64,000 nucleotides of DNA from the human T2T-CHM13v2.0 reference genome, Homo sapiens (GCF_009914755.1 NC_060933.1), one strand, 5' to 3'. Counted from the stretch's first letter, positions 1 through 27,478 are shown. Numbers and translations are program-made. The notes: a model not told the origin generated them from the letters alone.

Positions 1-2974
<2,974 letters not shown>

Positions 2975-3809
2975 CTCTCTCTTCTTTTATCTGTAGTAAC
3001 TTTTTACATGCCTTATGGTATCTAACCATAAGGCAGTGTGTTAGAATATAATATTTTGTATTAATTTTATTTTAAAAATATTTTATATTGATAATGGTTA
3101 CATATATATTCATATAGTTTCTATGTGTCTAAATTTGGGTTGTATATGTAAGATTTTTGCACTTTATATAGTTATACCTCCAGTTTTTTAAAAATATAAA
3201 TCTTAAGTCGTGTGTGGTAGCACACCCTAGAGTCCCAGCTATGGGACTACTGAGGTGTGAGGATCACTTGAGGCCAGGAGTTAGTGGCTGCAGTGCACCA
3301 TGGTTGTCTTATGCATAATCACTGCACTACAGCCTAGGTAACATAGTGAGACTCCCATCTCTAAAGACAGAAAGAAGTTAAATAAATAAATAAATCTTAC
3401 CTTCCATGTTAGGCTAAGTCCAAGAGATAAGTCACTGTATTTTACCTAACTTTATCTTTTCTATTGAATTGTGTTCTGTATTGCACATGGTGGGCAATCC
3501 ATATGTGTATGAATTAACCTAAATGTACTTGTGGATTAAGTTGTGTTAAGTTTATGAAGCAAAATATAATAGCCATAGTGGGAAGTCATTCTAACCATAC
3601 CTTGAGGATGTTAACATTTGCTGCGAGGCATATTTTTGGTTTATATAAGTCATGGTTATTGACATAGCATCTATCTGAGTAGATATTAAGCAAGGTTAGA
3701 TATTTTTTCTTCCTTTTTATGTACTCTAGGTACACAGATATATCTGAAAACAAAGGGATATATATTTGGCTGCTTCTAAGACAATTGAGTCTTGATTTAT
3801 TATGTTTGT

Positions 3810-4392
3810 CTTTTTTTTTTTAAGATGGAGTCTCATTGTGTTGCCCAGGCCGGAGCACTATCTTGGCTCACTGCAACCTCCGCCTCCCGGGTTCAAGCGA
3901 TTCTCCTGCCTCAGCCTCCTGAGTAGCTGGGATTACAGGCGCGTGCCACCACGCCCGGCTAATTTTTGTCTTTTGTTTTTGTTTTTTTGAGACGGAGTCT
4001 CCCTCTGTTGCCCAGGATGGAGTGCATTGGCGCGATCTTGGCTCCCTGCAACCCCCACCTCCCAGGTTCAAGCGATTCTCCTGCCCCAGCCTCCTGAGTA
4101 GCTGGGATTACAGGGGAGTGCTACCACGCCCGGCTAATTTTTGTATTTTTAGTAGAGACGGGGTTTCACCATGTTGTTCAGGCTGGTCTCGAACTCCTGA
4201 CCTTGTGATCTGCCCACCTTGGTCTCCCAAAGTGCTGGGATTACAGGCGTGAGCCACCGCGCCCAGCCAATTTTTGTATTTTTGGTAGAGATGGGGTTTC
4301 GCCATGCTGGTCTCAAACTCCTGACCTCAGGTGGTCCACCCGCCTTGGCCTCCCAAGTGCTAGGATTACAGGCGTGAGACACCGCGCCCAGC
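3810..4392 (-). mobile_element. Nested Alu: a full Alu inserted in the linker of another Alu
   Basis: Right arm (3811-3968), complete Alu (~3970-4268), then left arm (~4269-4392); aatttttgt at both junctions. Confidence 0.75.
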
Positions 4393-4769
4393 CCCAGTCA
4401 ATTTTTTATCAGGATTGTACTATAGGAATAGTAAGTCTTCTCACTAGAAAATATACCTTGGAGATTGGTCGAAATAAATATTATATTTTAATGTTCCTAA
4501 GTAAACATAGGGATCGTTTGTTTCATCAGGATTGTTCTATAGGAATAGTAAGTCTTCTCACTAGAAAATATACCTTGGAGATTGGTCAAAATAAATACTT
4601 TTAAAATGCTTAATTATTATTTATCTTTGATGTTGAACATAAAAAGCAGAATTGTTTTCTCCTTTGATGAAGAAACAGTTTCTAGGAATAAAGGAAACTT
4701 TAGAACCGATGTCCCTTTTTGTACATCACTTTTTGAGTATTTACTGAATGTAATGTTTGTGTCTTGTAG

Positions 4770-4867
4770 AATGGAGATGTATGCATTTCGATTCTTCATC
4801 CGCCTGTAGATGACCCACAGAGTGGAGAACTGCCTTCTGAAAGGTGGAATCCTACTCAGAATGTGAG
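4770..4867 (+). CDS. UBE2R2: UBE2R2 coding exon (exon 3 by recall): catalytic Cys and Cdc34 acidic loop
   Basis: ttgtag|AAT...GTGAG|gtaagg, 98 nt. Translates [32 protein letters not shown](R), the UBC active-site motif with the Cdc34-family insertion. Confidence 0.97.
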
Positions 4868-5339
4868 GTAAGGAGGAATCTGGTTTTGGAGTTATTCTTA
4901 ATCTCCTTATTGTCTTTGCTCCTAGTAAAATAAAATTATGTATTGTCTTTTAACATGTAAAAAATCATCTTTCTTATATTCAGTTTCTTTGTCTTTAGCT
5001 AGAGCTTTAAGAAATATGTATGCGTCATTTTGAAGAGCTGTATTTACTAAACAATAATGTATATGATTCTCATTTCCCTGTGTTCACTTAGGAATAGATT
5101 TTCAAGCCTGAATCCCTACTCTTAACTTATCCTAGTTCTACTCTGGTTCTTTATTACCACCTAACATTAGTGTCATTCATTGGTTGCAGTTAATAAACAA
5201 TGTTAATTCATTATAAGTAACTGAAGTCCATACGCTTTCACATTTCCTTTGTTTTTACCTGTCGTTGTTTTGCTCCAAAATATTTCATACATATAAATAT
5301 ATATCTATATATGTACGTGTATACATATATGTATTTAAA

Positions 5340-7784
<2,445 letters not shown>

Positions 7785-10650
7785 TTATTTTGACATTATA
7801 ATTAGACAATGTGTATAAAAGTTTTTAAAAAATATTTTGGATGATTTGTTGAAAAAATTGCATCCAAAAAAATCCCCAGTTGTACTTTAATAATGATTCT
7901 GGTGCATGGATTTTCAGGACGAGTAATAACCCTAGATTAGAGGAAGTGGTAGCTATAATACTGGTGATTCTTGGTTTTGCTGGTTGAACGTTGAATCAAA
8001 TGCTTACACCCTCTCCCTATTTGAGAAAATAAGCTTCCCCTTTCCTCAAATACAAAGCCCCAAACAAGATTTTCCTCATTGCATTTTTATGCTGCTTGGC
8101 TGGATAATGTATTGCCACCACCCATGGGAATTCAGGCTTTTTATCCTTTACTTCTCTTGCATTTACACGCAAATGATGTCATTTGCCTTATCTCAGCTTA
8201 AAGTATTATGAACATTTTTTCTTTTAAAATAGGCCTACTTCTCATGTAATCCAGTCTTTTGGAGGCAGAGGATTCCTTTTATACTTATCTGCCCATCTGA
8301 AACTGCCTTTGTTACTTTGGGTACTAGCATCATTTTGTTTCCTCACACTTGAGTCCCCAGGCCACCTGAGCCACAATTTAGGGACATTCCCCATACTCAA
8401 ATCAAGATTGTTTTCCCTGCTTTTATGCTGCTTTGTTTAGAAGCTTCCCAACTACAACTAGTTATGTGGAGTTACACCTAACATCTTCACACAGCTCTAC
8501 AAGGTATTTGGGTTGGAAATTGTTTACCTTCTTAGACTTTTTATCACTTAGTTCTATGTAATCATTGGGTAGTCCTTCAACATTTTGATCTTATTGGTGT
8601 TTTCGGGGGCTGTGGGATGTTTTGTACACTTTTTGGAACCTCACCTGTCTGGAATACCTGGTGGTGCTCAGAACTCTGAGCGGAAGTCAGGAAAGCACTA
8701 CCTAATGAGCAGATGTGGAATACTTTCGCTTATCCCTTTTGTTTCTGTGTTCACTTGGTTGTGAGACAAGGGAGGTTTTAAAGTAGTAAACTGTTATATT
8801 TTCTAACAGGTCATTTATGGCACTGAAATATTAAGAGGGAAGATACAAGATGTAGTGGAAATGGGCAACTATTTTCCTTCTTGTACCTCTCTGCTGCTAA
8901 ATTATCTAGGGCCAGCAACTGTCTAAGGGTTCTGGGCTCCATGTCCAGTTTATGGGTGGCTGTAGTAAGACAGCAGTGGAGATGGCATAGGGTTCATCTC
9001 ATCCTGTTTTGGAGTCTTATCTGCTGCCTCTCACTGGCATCTGAAAGTGATTCCATATTCACGTATTTGGTTTTCTTCTCCATAACCACGTGTACTCAAG
9101 ACTATTGTTCAGCACCTCAATGGACATATTTATAACATAAAGTGGCAAATGGAGCACTTTTGTAACTTGAAGAATAAGGGACTCCAGTTACCTTCAAGAG
9201 TCTAAGTCAGTCTGTATTATCAGATCTGGTGAGTAGTGAGAGTTAGCCAACCTGAAAAGGAAGAATTTTAGGGATGCAGAGAATCAGCCAACTGGTGTTC
9301 ACTAAAGGCTCGGTAGCTTGCTACCTCTTGGGAAAACCAGCATACTTCTTTTGAAAGAAAACATCCACAGGCCTCCTCCTCCCAGAGGCCCAGGATTAAA
9401 TTGGTGGGGCTGGAGGTGGTGGGGAGAGTTTCTTCCTGAATTGGAAAGTTTTAAGGAGTAGGCATTTGTCAGCAAGAATGGAGTTGGGAGTTGCCACACG
9501 TCTTTGATTAGAAGTTCACAGCATTATGCCTCTTCCTGATGGAGGAAACAAAATGTGCCTTAATACATGATTTGTCTAGAATGATGTGGGAGCTTTGGGG
9601 ATAGGGTAGGGTGGGAGTGGGAGTAGCAAAGCCCTCAGACTTTGCTATAGAGTTCACAGCTGCTTTCTGTGAGACACCATCCCCAGAACTACTATCTGCT
9701 ATAGGCTCTGGGATGGTGAAGTGGTCTTGGTGTGGATTTGCTTTATGTTGAAAGAGGCATACATAATGTTTTCTTTTTCAATTTCAAAAATAAAGCGTGA
9801 AACCAAATTTATTAACCCAATCAAGAGAGGCTGTTGTTTGGTATAAAAGAGTCTGTCTCAGAAGTGGGGTAGGATATTTTTCTGTCTAGTCTTAAGAACA
9901 GAGAGCCAGAGACATCACCCCTAGCATTGGGTGCCAAAGTAAGCACAGTCAGGGGAAACAGGCATAACCATGCTGTTCCTAAAGCTCTTTTAAACCCAAT
10001 TCTGGAACAGTGTGGTTTTATTTATTTGCTTCCTTGGTTTTTGTGCATGGGGTCCCACTGCCCTCAACCTGCCAATTCCATTCTCTGCAGATGATACATA
10101 ATTTGGGCATTTAAAAACTGTAGTTGTATTCCTACCTTGCATTCTCAGGGATACATCAGTCAGCAGCAGATCCAGCACTGCACAGAAGGAGGTGTTATAT
10201 TTGTTGGTTGCTTTAGCAGCCTAAAGAGAAACTTTATAATAATGTAAACCCGTTAAGCTACTATATTTTACCATCAGTTGCCCTGTTTTCCCTATCATAA
10301 CAGGCTTCTTTATTCTTTGTCATGATGTCCTCTTTAAATCCCTCCCCCACATTGAAACATGCAATGAGGACTGAGCTTTAACTAGTCATCTGTAGTTACT
10401 GGCCCATCCTTTGATAGAGTGGAAATGAGAGATTTTAAGGACCCAGGACAACTAGAAAGGTCAGGGTAGAACCCAGAGTCAGTAAGAGTGGTAGTAACAG
10501 TATGCAGGATTTAGGTTTGGCTCCAGAGACCTGGACTTCACACATCAACTGTCATCACATTACGCTGGGTCTATAAAACTCAATATCTAAATCAATCTGC
10601 GTGTGTGTTTGTGTGTGTGCACATGTGCATACATGCATGCTTGCCCATGA

Positions 10651-11042
<392 letters not shown>

Positions 11043-11352
11043 TAGGAATAAGCCCTTTCTACTTCTCCCATGCTGTCTGGAGGGATGATATATACATGGG
11101 AGGTGGGACCAGGGGAAGGTGCCAGTCTGTAATCCTTCAAAATTATGAACTTTTCTTGCTTGGTTTCCAGGCAGACCCTCGAGCCAGGTCTTATTTGTGA
11201 TGCTAGGGCTATCACAACCCTGTTAAAGTTATGCTTATGGTGACATAGTAGCTAACAGAGAAAGGGTTATCGACATGTTGAAAATGGGCAAATGGAGTAT
11301 TACGCATTGGGTCATACAATCCTAATTTCCAATTTCCCTTAAATACTTCTTT

Positions 11353-20995
<9,643 letters not shown>

Positions 20996-21078
20996 TTACT
21001 GTCAGTGAAAATTAAGAGGATAATTAAATTAAGAATTGTTGGGGCACTTGAGTTTGGTGGTGAGGTGACTAGGCCAAA

Positions 21079-21343
21079 ACCCTAGCCAATCCCCTAAGCA
21101 CCCCACCCCACATTAAACCAGAGTGGGACGTTTTATTCACATATGCAACCTTTATGATCTAGCCCCAAGAAACTAGGAGGCGTATTAGCCCTTCTATTAT
21201 CTATTCTTATTCTGGCAGTTATCCCTGTGCTTCACACATGCAAACAACAAAGCATGACATTCCGCCCACTAAGTCAATACCTGTTCTGATTCTTAAGTCG
21301 CCGACCTATTGGCCCTTACATGAATCGGAGGACAGCCAGTTGA
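21079..21343 (+). pseudogene. NUMT: degraded mitochondrial cytochrome b (MT-CYB) fragment
   Basis: Mitochondrial-code translation TLANPLSTPPHIKPEWDVLFTYA/…[57 protein letters not shown], with two frameshifts. PEW motif and TGA=Trp usage. Confidence 0.92.
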
Positions 21344-21616
21344 CGAGGTGATTCTGGCTATAATTGATCCACTGCTTTAAACTCCCTTGATATTAACAGT
21401 GTATTTCCCCTCCTAAAAAGTCAAAGTTTACTTCAAAATTGTACCCAGTGGGTTGAAAGCATTTGGTGTAGTACAGGGTATCTGTCAGATGCTTTCAGGC
21501 AGGTACTGAAGTTTGGAGAGCTGAGTCATAAGTAATATTGATTATTTAAGGCCAATTATAAATCTGTCTTAAAAAAAGACTTACCGTAAACCATTTCTGT
21601 GTCAACCTCCCTTCAG

Positions 21617-21836
21617 GAAACAAGTTTCAGCCACTAAGGCCGAAGCAGAAAAGGATGGAGTGAAGGTCCCCACAACCCTGGCGGAATACTGCATCAAAAC
21701 TAAAGTGCCTTCCAATGACAACAGCTCAGATTTGCTTTACGACGACTTGTATGATGACGACATTGATGATGAAGATGAGGAGGAGGAAGATGCCGACTGT
21801 TATGATGATGATGATTCTGGGAATGAGGAGTCGTGA
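21617..21836 (+). CDS. UBE2R2: UBE2R2 last coding exon, acidic C-terminal tail
   Basis: ccttcag|G AAA CAA...; KQVSATKAEAEKDGVKVPTTLAEYCIKTKVPSNDNSSDLLYDDLYDDDIDDEDEEEEDADCYDDDDSGNEES*, TGA at 21834-21836. Confidence 0.97.
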
Positions 21837-22564
21837 CGTGCTCCTTCAGTGCCCCTGTACTGCCCTGCCATCTCAGGCCAAAGGGAGGGGAGCAAGTGGG
21901 GACCTGGCCATGGCCCCTCAGCAAAAACCTATTCACAGCGGGTGGGGAAACACACACAGCTCCTGCTGACTCCCCTTATGGATCTCAGTTTGCTCCTTTT
22001 TATGGACCTTTAATGGAGAGAGAGTAACCCTCCACAGAATGTCTGAATTCTTGCATTCTTTACCCTTCCATCACTATATTGATTCTTTTTTTAAAAAATA
22101 TGAACCCAAACTCCCGCCTCACTTCGTCTCTACAGAATGTTCACAGCAAAACACGTTTGGTCTGTTTTTAGATTCTTGAAGAATTCAATAGTCTTTCAAG
22201 ATGTTTAATGTGTTTAAAGCTGGGAACCTGTTGGGAGTTCACAAGTGCTGCATATACTGGGTAGCAAAAGAAAATGGAAAAAAACCCACAAAACAAACTT
22301 TAAAAAAAAAAAAAAAACAAATTTGCCAAGGTTTAGCTGCTCATTTACATTAGTGTGTGTGCATTCGTTCAGCCCCATGGTGGTGAATTCTGTTTCTTTC
22401 CTTTCCTAAGGCTGGGACATGGTGGGCATCAGGGACTTTGTGCTAAGCCTGATGAAATGTGCTCCTTCAATCTCCATGAAACCATCGTAACATGGAGGCC
22501 TCAGCTGCTCTGAGGAGAGAAATCAGACTTTGTTTTTTGAAATCGATTGGGATCGAAAGCCTGA

Positions 22565-22570
22565 AATAAA
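22565..22570 (+). terminator. Proximal poly(A) signal of UBE2R2 (candidate)
   Basis: AATAAA ~730 nt after the stop, with GT/T-rich sequence (ttggttgctattttatttt) downstream. Confidence 0.55.
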
Positions 22571-24958
22571 TATTCATACTTTCCATAGAACTGAGCACTT
22601 GGTTGCTATTTATTTTAAAGGCAGGGTTATTTCCCCCCAGGGAGTGGGGCAAGCGGGGAAGTTGGGATGAGTGCGTGTGGGAGCAAAGAGTTAAAAATCA
22701 CTATGCTAAGTTTGGTTGATGCTACTGGGGGGAAAAAGTTGAAACTACTGGTGACCACTGTTGGGAGAGGAAACATCTGTTTTATAGATTTAGCATGGCC
22801 TTCCCATCAAAAATACACTCGTACCATGACGTTTTGTTTTTGTTTTTTAAGTAGCCACTTTTAATTACTCAGTATTAATCCTAGGTGCATGTGTTAAGAT
22901 TTCGGTTTTCATCGAGCTGCTTATACTGATAGTGAAAAACTTGGATGTGTGTGAGACGAGTTACCGCCTTCTTCATTGGATGTGATCTGAACTTTTTTTC
23001 TCCTTTCAACATACTTAGGCTGTGGAGTGCAAGCAGAATTATGCATAGAAATTGTGGCAGGGCTGAGGGAGTTGACTGCAGGCAGTTTTTAGGCCAGATA
23101 AGGCTAGATCTTCCTGCAATGCACTTGCTGCAGCTTTGATTTTCCAGATCTCAATCGTGTTGCTTCAATCAATATTGAGATCCAGCAGCCTTCACCATCC
23201 AGGAGACTTCAGAACTTGAAGGTAATTTTTGGTTGTTATGGGGGTGCACCAGATCATAGGAGGGCATTATTTGGAGGAAACCGCTATAATGTAAAATCAG
23301 ATTTCAGAAGGAAAATGCAGCAAGGACTGACTGTAGTCCTATTTCAGACCCCTGGGCACTAGTGTCAACTCCTCCTTTGGCTCGTAACTCAGAAAGAACC
23401 AAAGGGCAGATTAGGGACGGGGCAGGAGGGATCCTAGGATGGCCAGAGTAGGTGACGCTTACTTCCTTAGCTCCTCCTTCCATTCTGATCTCAGGGTTTT
23501 CACTCTTCAAACTCCCAAACACATGACTTCTTCCCAGCAGCCCTTCCCGGCCTCTAAAGTTTGGTCCCAGCAGCCCTTCCCAGCCTCTAAAGTTTGGTCT
23601 GGTATGAAATGGGACTGTTTAACAAGCAAGGCTCTTAGGGGACACTGTTGAGCCTGGTCCCAGAATCTGTGATCTCCACAGGGCCAGGGTTGCTACTTGC
23701 ACCCAGAATCTAGTGATTTTAGTCAGATCCATGGAACAGAGCAGCTTCGTAATACATTGTCAAGTTACCTGATTACAAACTCTCATAGATGTTGGAACTA
23801 CCTTTTTACTCCCCATACTTTGTAAGTAATGCTTCCAGATTAACCTGCAAATCTTGTGGAGCCAAAGCCTCTCACAGTGCTGATTTACCTCCCCCAAAAT
23901 GCCCCCAAACCCCCATGCAAGTTTACAGCCAGTAGCTTGGTCTTATTCTCTTGGAGCCCTAAAATTAAGCCTTTCATTCCCCTTTGCTAAAGCATCTCAC
24001 TCCCAGGGCAGCCCCAGCACCCTGGCATTGCGGGAGGTGCTCTGCTGCACAGCTGTTCCATCAGGCCCTATTGGCCTCTGTTAGACATTGACTCAGGGAG
24101 CCGGAGCGCCAAGTGGAGGTTGTACCTTTCAGCCCTTTGGGGTGTTAAAAGTGTCAAGGGCTGGGTTTGCCTCTGATGAGTACAATCAGTTCCAGAAGAC
24201 TGGGTAAGTCTCTTGCTAGCAGGTGGACATTCTGGTATTTTAGACTGACTGAACGAAACCCAGAGGCTGGTTCCAGAGCTCTGTCCCTGAGAACACATCC
24301 CTGTGGAAAATACTTGAGTTTGTAATTTTTTTTCCCCCTTCTGGGAGTGGAGGTCTCAGGCTCAATCCGGAACCATGTACGTACAGTTTTGCTTATTATT
24401 TGATGTGACATGAACTCAAAATCCTGCATTTTTAGATTCCTTTTAGTTCTAATTGAGGCCTCACTAGATGCTCTTCAGTTCTGTGTATTTTGAGGCTGGG
24501 TGGAGAAGTATATGATTCTGCTGTTGATTCTTTCAGTCTTCCCCCCTTCTCCTTTTATCAATCATTCCAGAGTTATTTTCTATTAGTCAAACTTTTTTGT
24601 AGAACCTTCTTTCCCTTACCCTGGCAAATTGCTTCTTTACTTGCTGGTTTCCTTACGTTTGGGGCACATGTTGTAAGAAACTGATTGGAAGGGGAAATGT
24701 GCAGCTCTCCACTGGAAAGGAACTCTCCACCCCTCCCATCCTGATAAAACAAACAAGGTTTACATTTACAACTAAAAGGATTCAGATGCAATTTTCAACT
24801 ATTCTGAAACCAGCAGGACACACCTGACTTTAATAGTTTTAGCTGAAATTGTAGATGTTTTGCTTCAGTTTAACTTATGAGAAAAGATTATCTGACGGAT
24901 TTTGTGTTGACTTCCCCTTTAGTGGTTTATTTTGTCTTTTTCTGCCCATCTGTCTACT

Positions 24959-24976
24959 AATAAAATGTGAAATAAA
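24959..24976 (+). terminator. Distal tandem poly(A) signals of UBE2R2
   Basis: AATAAA at 24959-24964 and 24971-24976; downstream tcttctttttttaccttgtgt. Confidence 0.75.
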
Positions 24977-26289
24977 ATACCTGTATTGCTACTTCCCCAT
25001 GAAATGACCCTCTTCTTTTTTTACCTTGTGTTAAAGAAAACTAAAAGGTGGTCTCATTATCACTGTTAAGTTTGCAGATTACGCTGGGGCTCAGCTGAAA
25101 AATTAGACAAAAACCAAAACTGGGGAATCTGCCTTTCTAACTAACTCACCTCCCTGGTGTATCCCCAGTCCCTTCAAGCTCCTTATAGACGTAGCCATTT
25201 GTTAAACTTGATTCTGAAAACGGGAGCTGATACAAGTAGGTCAGTGAAGGATTGAGGGGTGCTCTGCTGCTTTCCTTAGGCAAACATTTTCACTGTCATT
25301 TGTTTTCCTAACTTACTGCTGCTAATAGCAGGGATCAGGCAGATCACCCTATTTAATAAAAGTCCTAATTTTACCTGTAGACACTTACCTTTTTTCTAGG
25401 TAAGGTCCCAAGCTGTGGGTTAATAGGAGTATCGGTCCCATCTGATGACAGGACCATCGCTCTCAATTGTAGAGGCCAAAAGCAGAAAAAGTAGATTGTG
25501 ACCCCAGGCTGGTTCTGACACAATCAATCAATCAATCACCTGACTAGCCATTTTATTTCCTCCTTTAACCTGATCTGAAGCAGCGATTTAGGAGTGAAAA
25601 GAGAGGCTGTAGCACCTTGGGCAACACTTCTAGGCCCTGAGCTTCCTGCCTGCTGGATTGGAGCACAGTTGTGGTTGGCCAACAGGAGATCTGCCTCCTT
25701 CCTATGGCCCTTGGTTACTCCCTGGCTTCTGACCTGACACAAGGTGAATGGTTGGTTGGGCTTTTCTGGAGCAGATATGTAGCCCCGGATCCACCAGCCT
25801 ACCTCATGACACCCTCACTAGTCACGTGTTCTACCATAGCTTTTGACTGCCAATCAAGATTATGTTCAGTTGATGACAAGCAAAAGACAGGTATACCTGT
25901 TCATACTCTCCCTTAAGGCCTAGAACCCTGCTCTCAGTTCTTGGCTTTGCTTCAGATTGTAAAAGTCCACTGAGATTTGGAAAAGAAATTACCCTGCCCT
26001 GGTATCCAGTGGACAGGGCTCTGTGGGACACTGCCCTATCCCTAAGTCTCTTAAGGAGCTATAAGAAAAGCCAGGTTAACTTTGATCAACATGGCCTGGG
26101 CCCTGTAAGGAGGTTTAGCTGTCCTTACAGCCATTGTGATTTGGGCCAAGAGGGTCCAGTAAAAAGGAAAACCATTTCAAGCCTTTATAGCCTGTGTCAG
26201 AAGACTATGACCATGTGGGATCTCCTTTAGCCCTGTGAAGTCCAGGGCTTCTGCCCTGAGCTGCCCTTCAGTCACACCACACAGAGACC

Positions 26290-27103
26290 ATGCATGCTCT
26301 CAGAACTTTATTAGGTGGGGATTGGGCAAGAGAAAACCCCTGAAACAGTTGCCCACGTGGTTCAAGACAACTAGAATGGAGATGTGTTGCTTGGAGATAC
26401 CTTAGATTTTTAAAGGGGAGCTGACTGGCTGAATAACTCAGATTATTTTTTTTTTTTTCATGGTCAGCCAGTCTCTAGTAAGTCTCTAGGGACATGACCA
26501 GACCAGAAGCCCCTGTTCTATATGAAGACAAACAGGTGGCCATACTTGGGTGGAGGGATACCGCTGCTATTCCCAGATGAAGATTTGGTGGAAGGAGACC
26601 ATGACAGATGACAAACGGAACAGTTTCTCAAAAACAGAGGTATGAAGTAATTACACAGGAAAGAAAACAATTTCCAAAGGAGTGAGACAAGTCGTGATTC
26701 TTCATTGGTACCTGACCCCTATACCCAAACAGCCTTGAACCAGCCCTTCCAGAGACTGCCCCTAGTGGCCCACTGGGCAGTGCAGGCTGTGAAGAAGACC
26801 TGAAGGCAGATGGGGTGGGGGTGCTTATTTTGCTACAGTGGAGAAGGGGCTTGAATGGGGAGGGCAGACCTGGCTAACATCTGCCGCCATCCCCCAACTC
26901 CCCCCCAGACTTCTATCACATTTACAAATACATACATAAATACATTACATACAGTAGCCAGTCTGGGAGGCAGACTCCCCACAGAGGCATGGCTGACACA
27001 TGTCGGGAATTCTAGGAAAGGGCACTGGGCTCCCAAATACGTGCTCGTGTGTTCTCTCCTGCCCAGGATAAGCCTTGCCCCAGCCCACCCCTCTCTTCTG
27101 GGT
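26290..27103 (-). other. UBAP2: UBAP2 3'UTR
   Basis: Between the TAA (27104-27106) and the AATAAA at 26307-26312. End approximate. Confidence 0.8.
26307..26312 (-). terminator. UBAP2 poly(A) signal
   Basis: tttatt on + = AATAAA on -, ~790 nt after the UBAP2 stop, followed on - by GT-rich tctctgtgtggtgtg. Confidence 0.8.
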
Positions 27104-27199
27104 TTAGTTTGTCCAGTATGGAGAGTTGCCGTAGGCAGGTTTGGAGGCTTGAGACTTGGGCTGCAGGGAGCTGGGCTGGCTGCGCTGACCCGAGCCACT
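27104..27199 (-). CDS. UBAP2: UBAP2 last coding exon (29)
   Basis: cttcctcag|AGT; SGSGQRSQPSSLQPKSQASKPAYGNSPYWTN*, 96 nt. Confidence 0.95.
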   Translation of the reverse strand, partial: SGSGQRSQPSSLQPKSQASKPAYGNSPYWTN

Positions 27200-27286
27200 C
27201 TGAGGAAGAGGAGAAGGGAAGGCTGTCAAGGCTGGAGCAGAACCCCTGGCCCAGAGTAGGGTGGCTGCCTCCATCACTGTACTCAC

Positions 27287-27478
27287 CTGTGCATCCTGCG
27301 GAAGGTGGTGGTGCAGCAGCTGTGAGTGGGGCTGCTGGTGGGCTGGCAAGATGTGTAGGAATGGTGGGGGTGCATAGCCAGGGGCCGCTCCCGAGGCCAG
27401 GGGCCCAGTGGAGCCCAAGACCGAGGGCAGGCTGAAAGGTGGAGGCGTCCCTGCATGAAATCCCTGCTTGTCAAAAGT
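27287..27478 (-). CDS. UBAP2: UBAP2 exon 28
   Basis: ctgtag|ACT...CAG|gtgagt, 192 nt; TFDKQGFHAGTPPPFSLPSVLGSTGPLASGAAPGYAPPPFLHILPAHQQPHSQLLHHHLPQDAQ. Confidence 0.95.

Larger units (their letters stand above)
21837..25000 (+). other. UBE2R2: UBE2R2 3'UTR (long form)
   Basis: Runs from the stop codon to the paired AATAAA at 24959/24971, followed by a U/GU-rich tract. End approximate. Confidence 0.75.

Noticed and set aside
8798-8870. Acceptor-like ttttctaacag in UBE2R2 intron 3 (also tttttcag at ~18892 in intron 4) as poison exons
   Set aside because: No convincing paired donor; such motifs are common by chance.
22302-22321. A-run in the UBE2R2 3'UTR as a transcript end
   Set aside because: Genomic A-tract with no canonical hexamer just upstream; a likely oligo-dT internal priming site.
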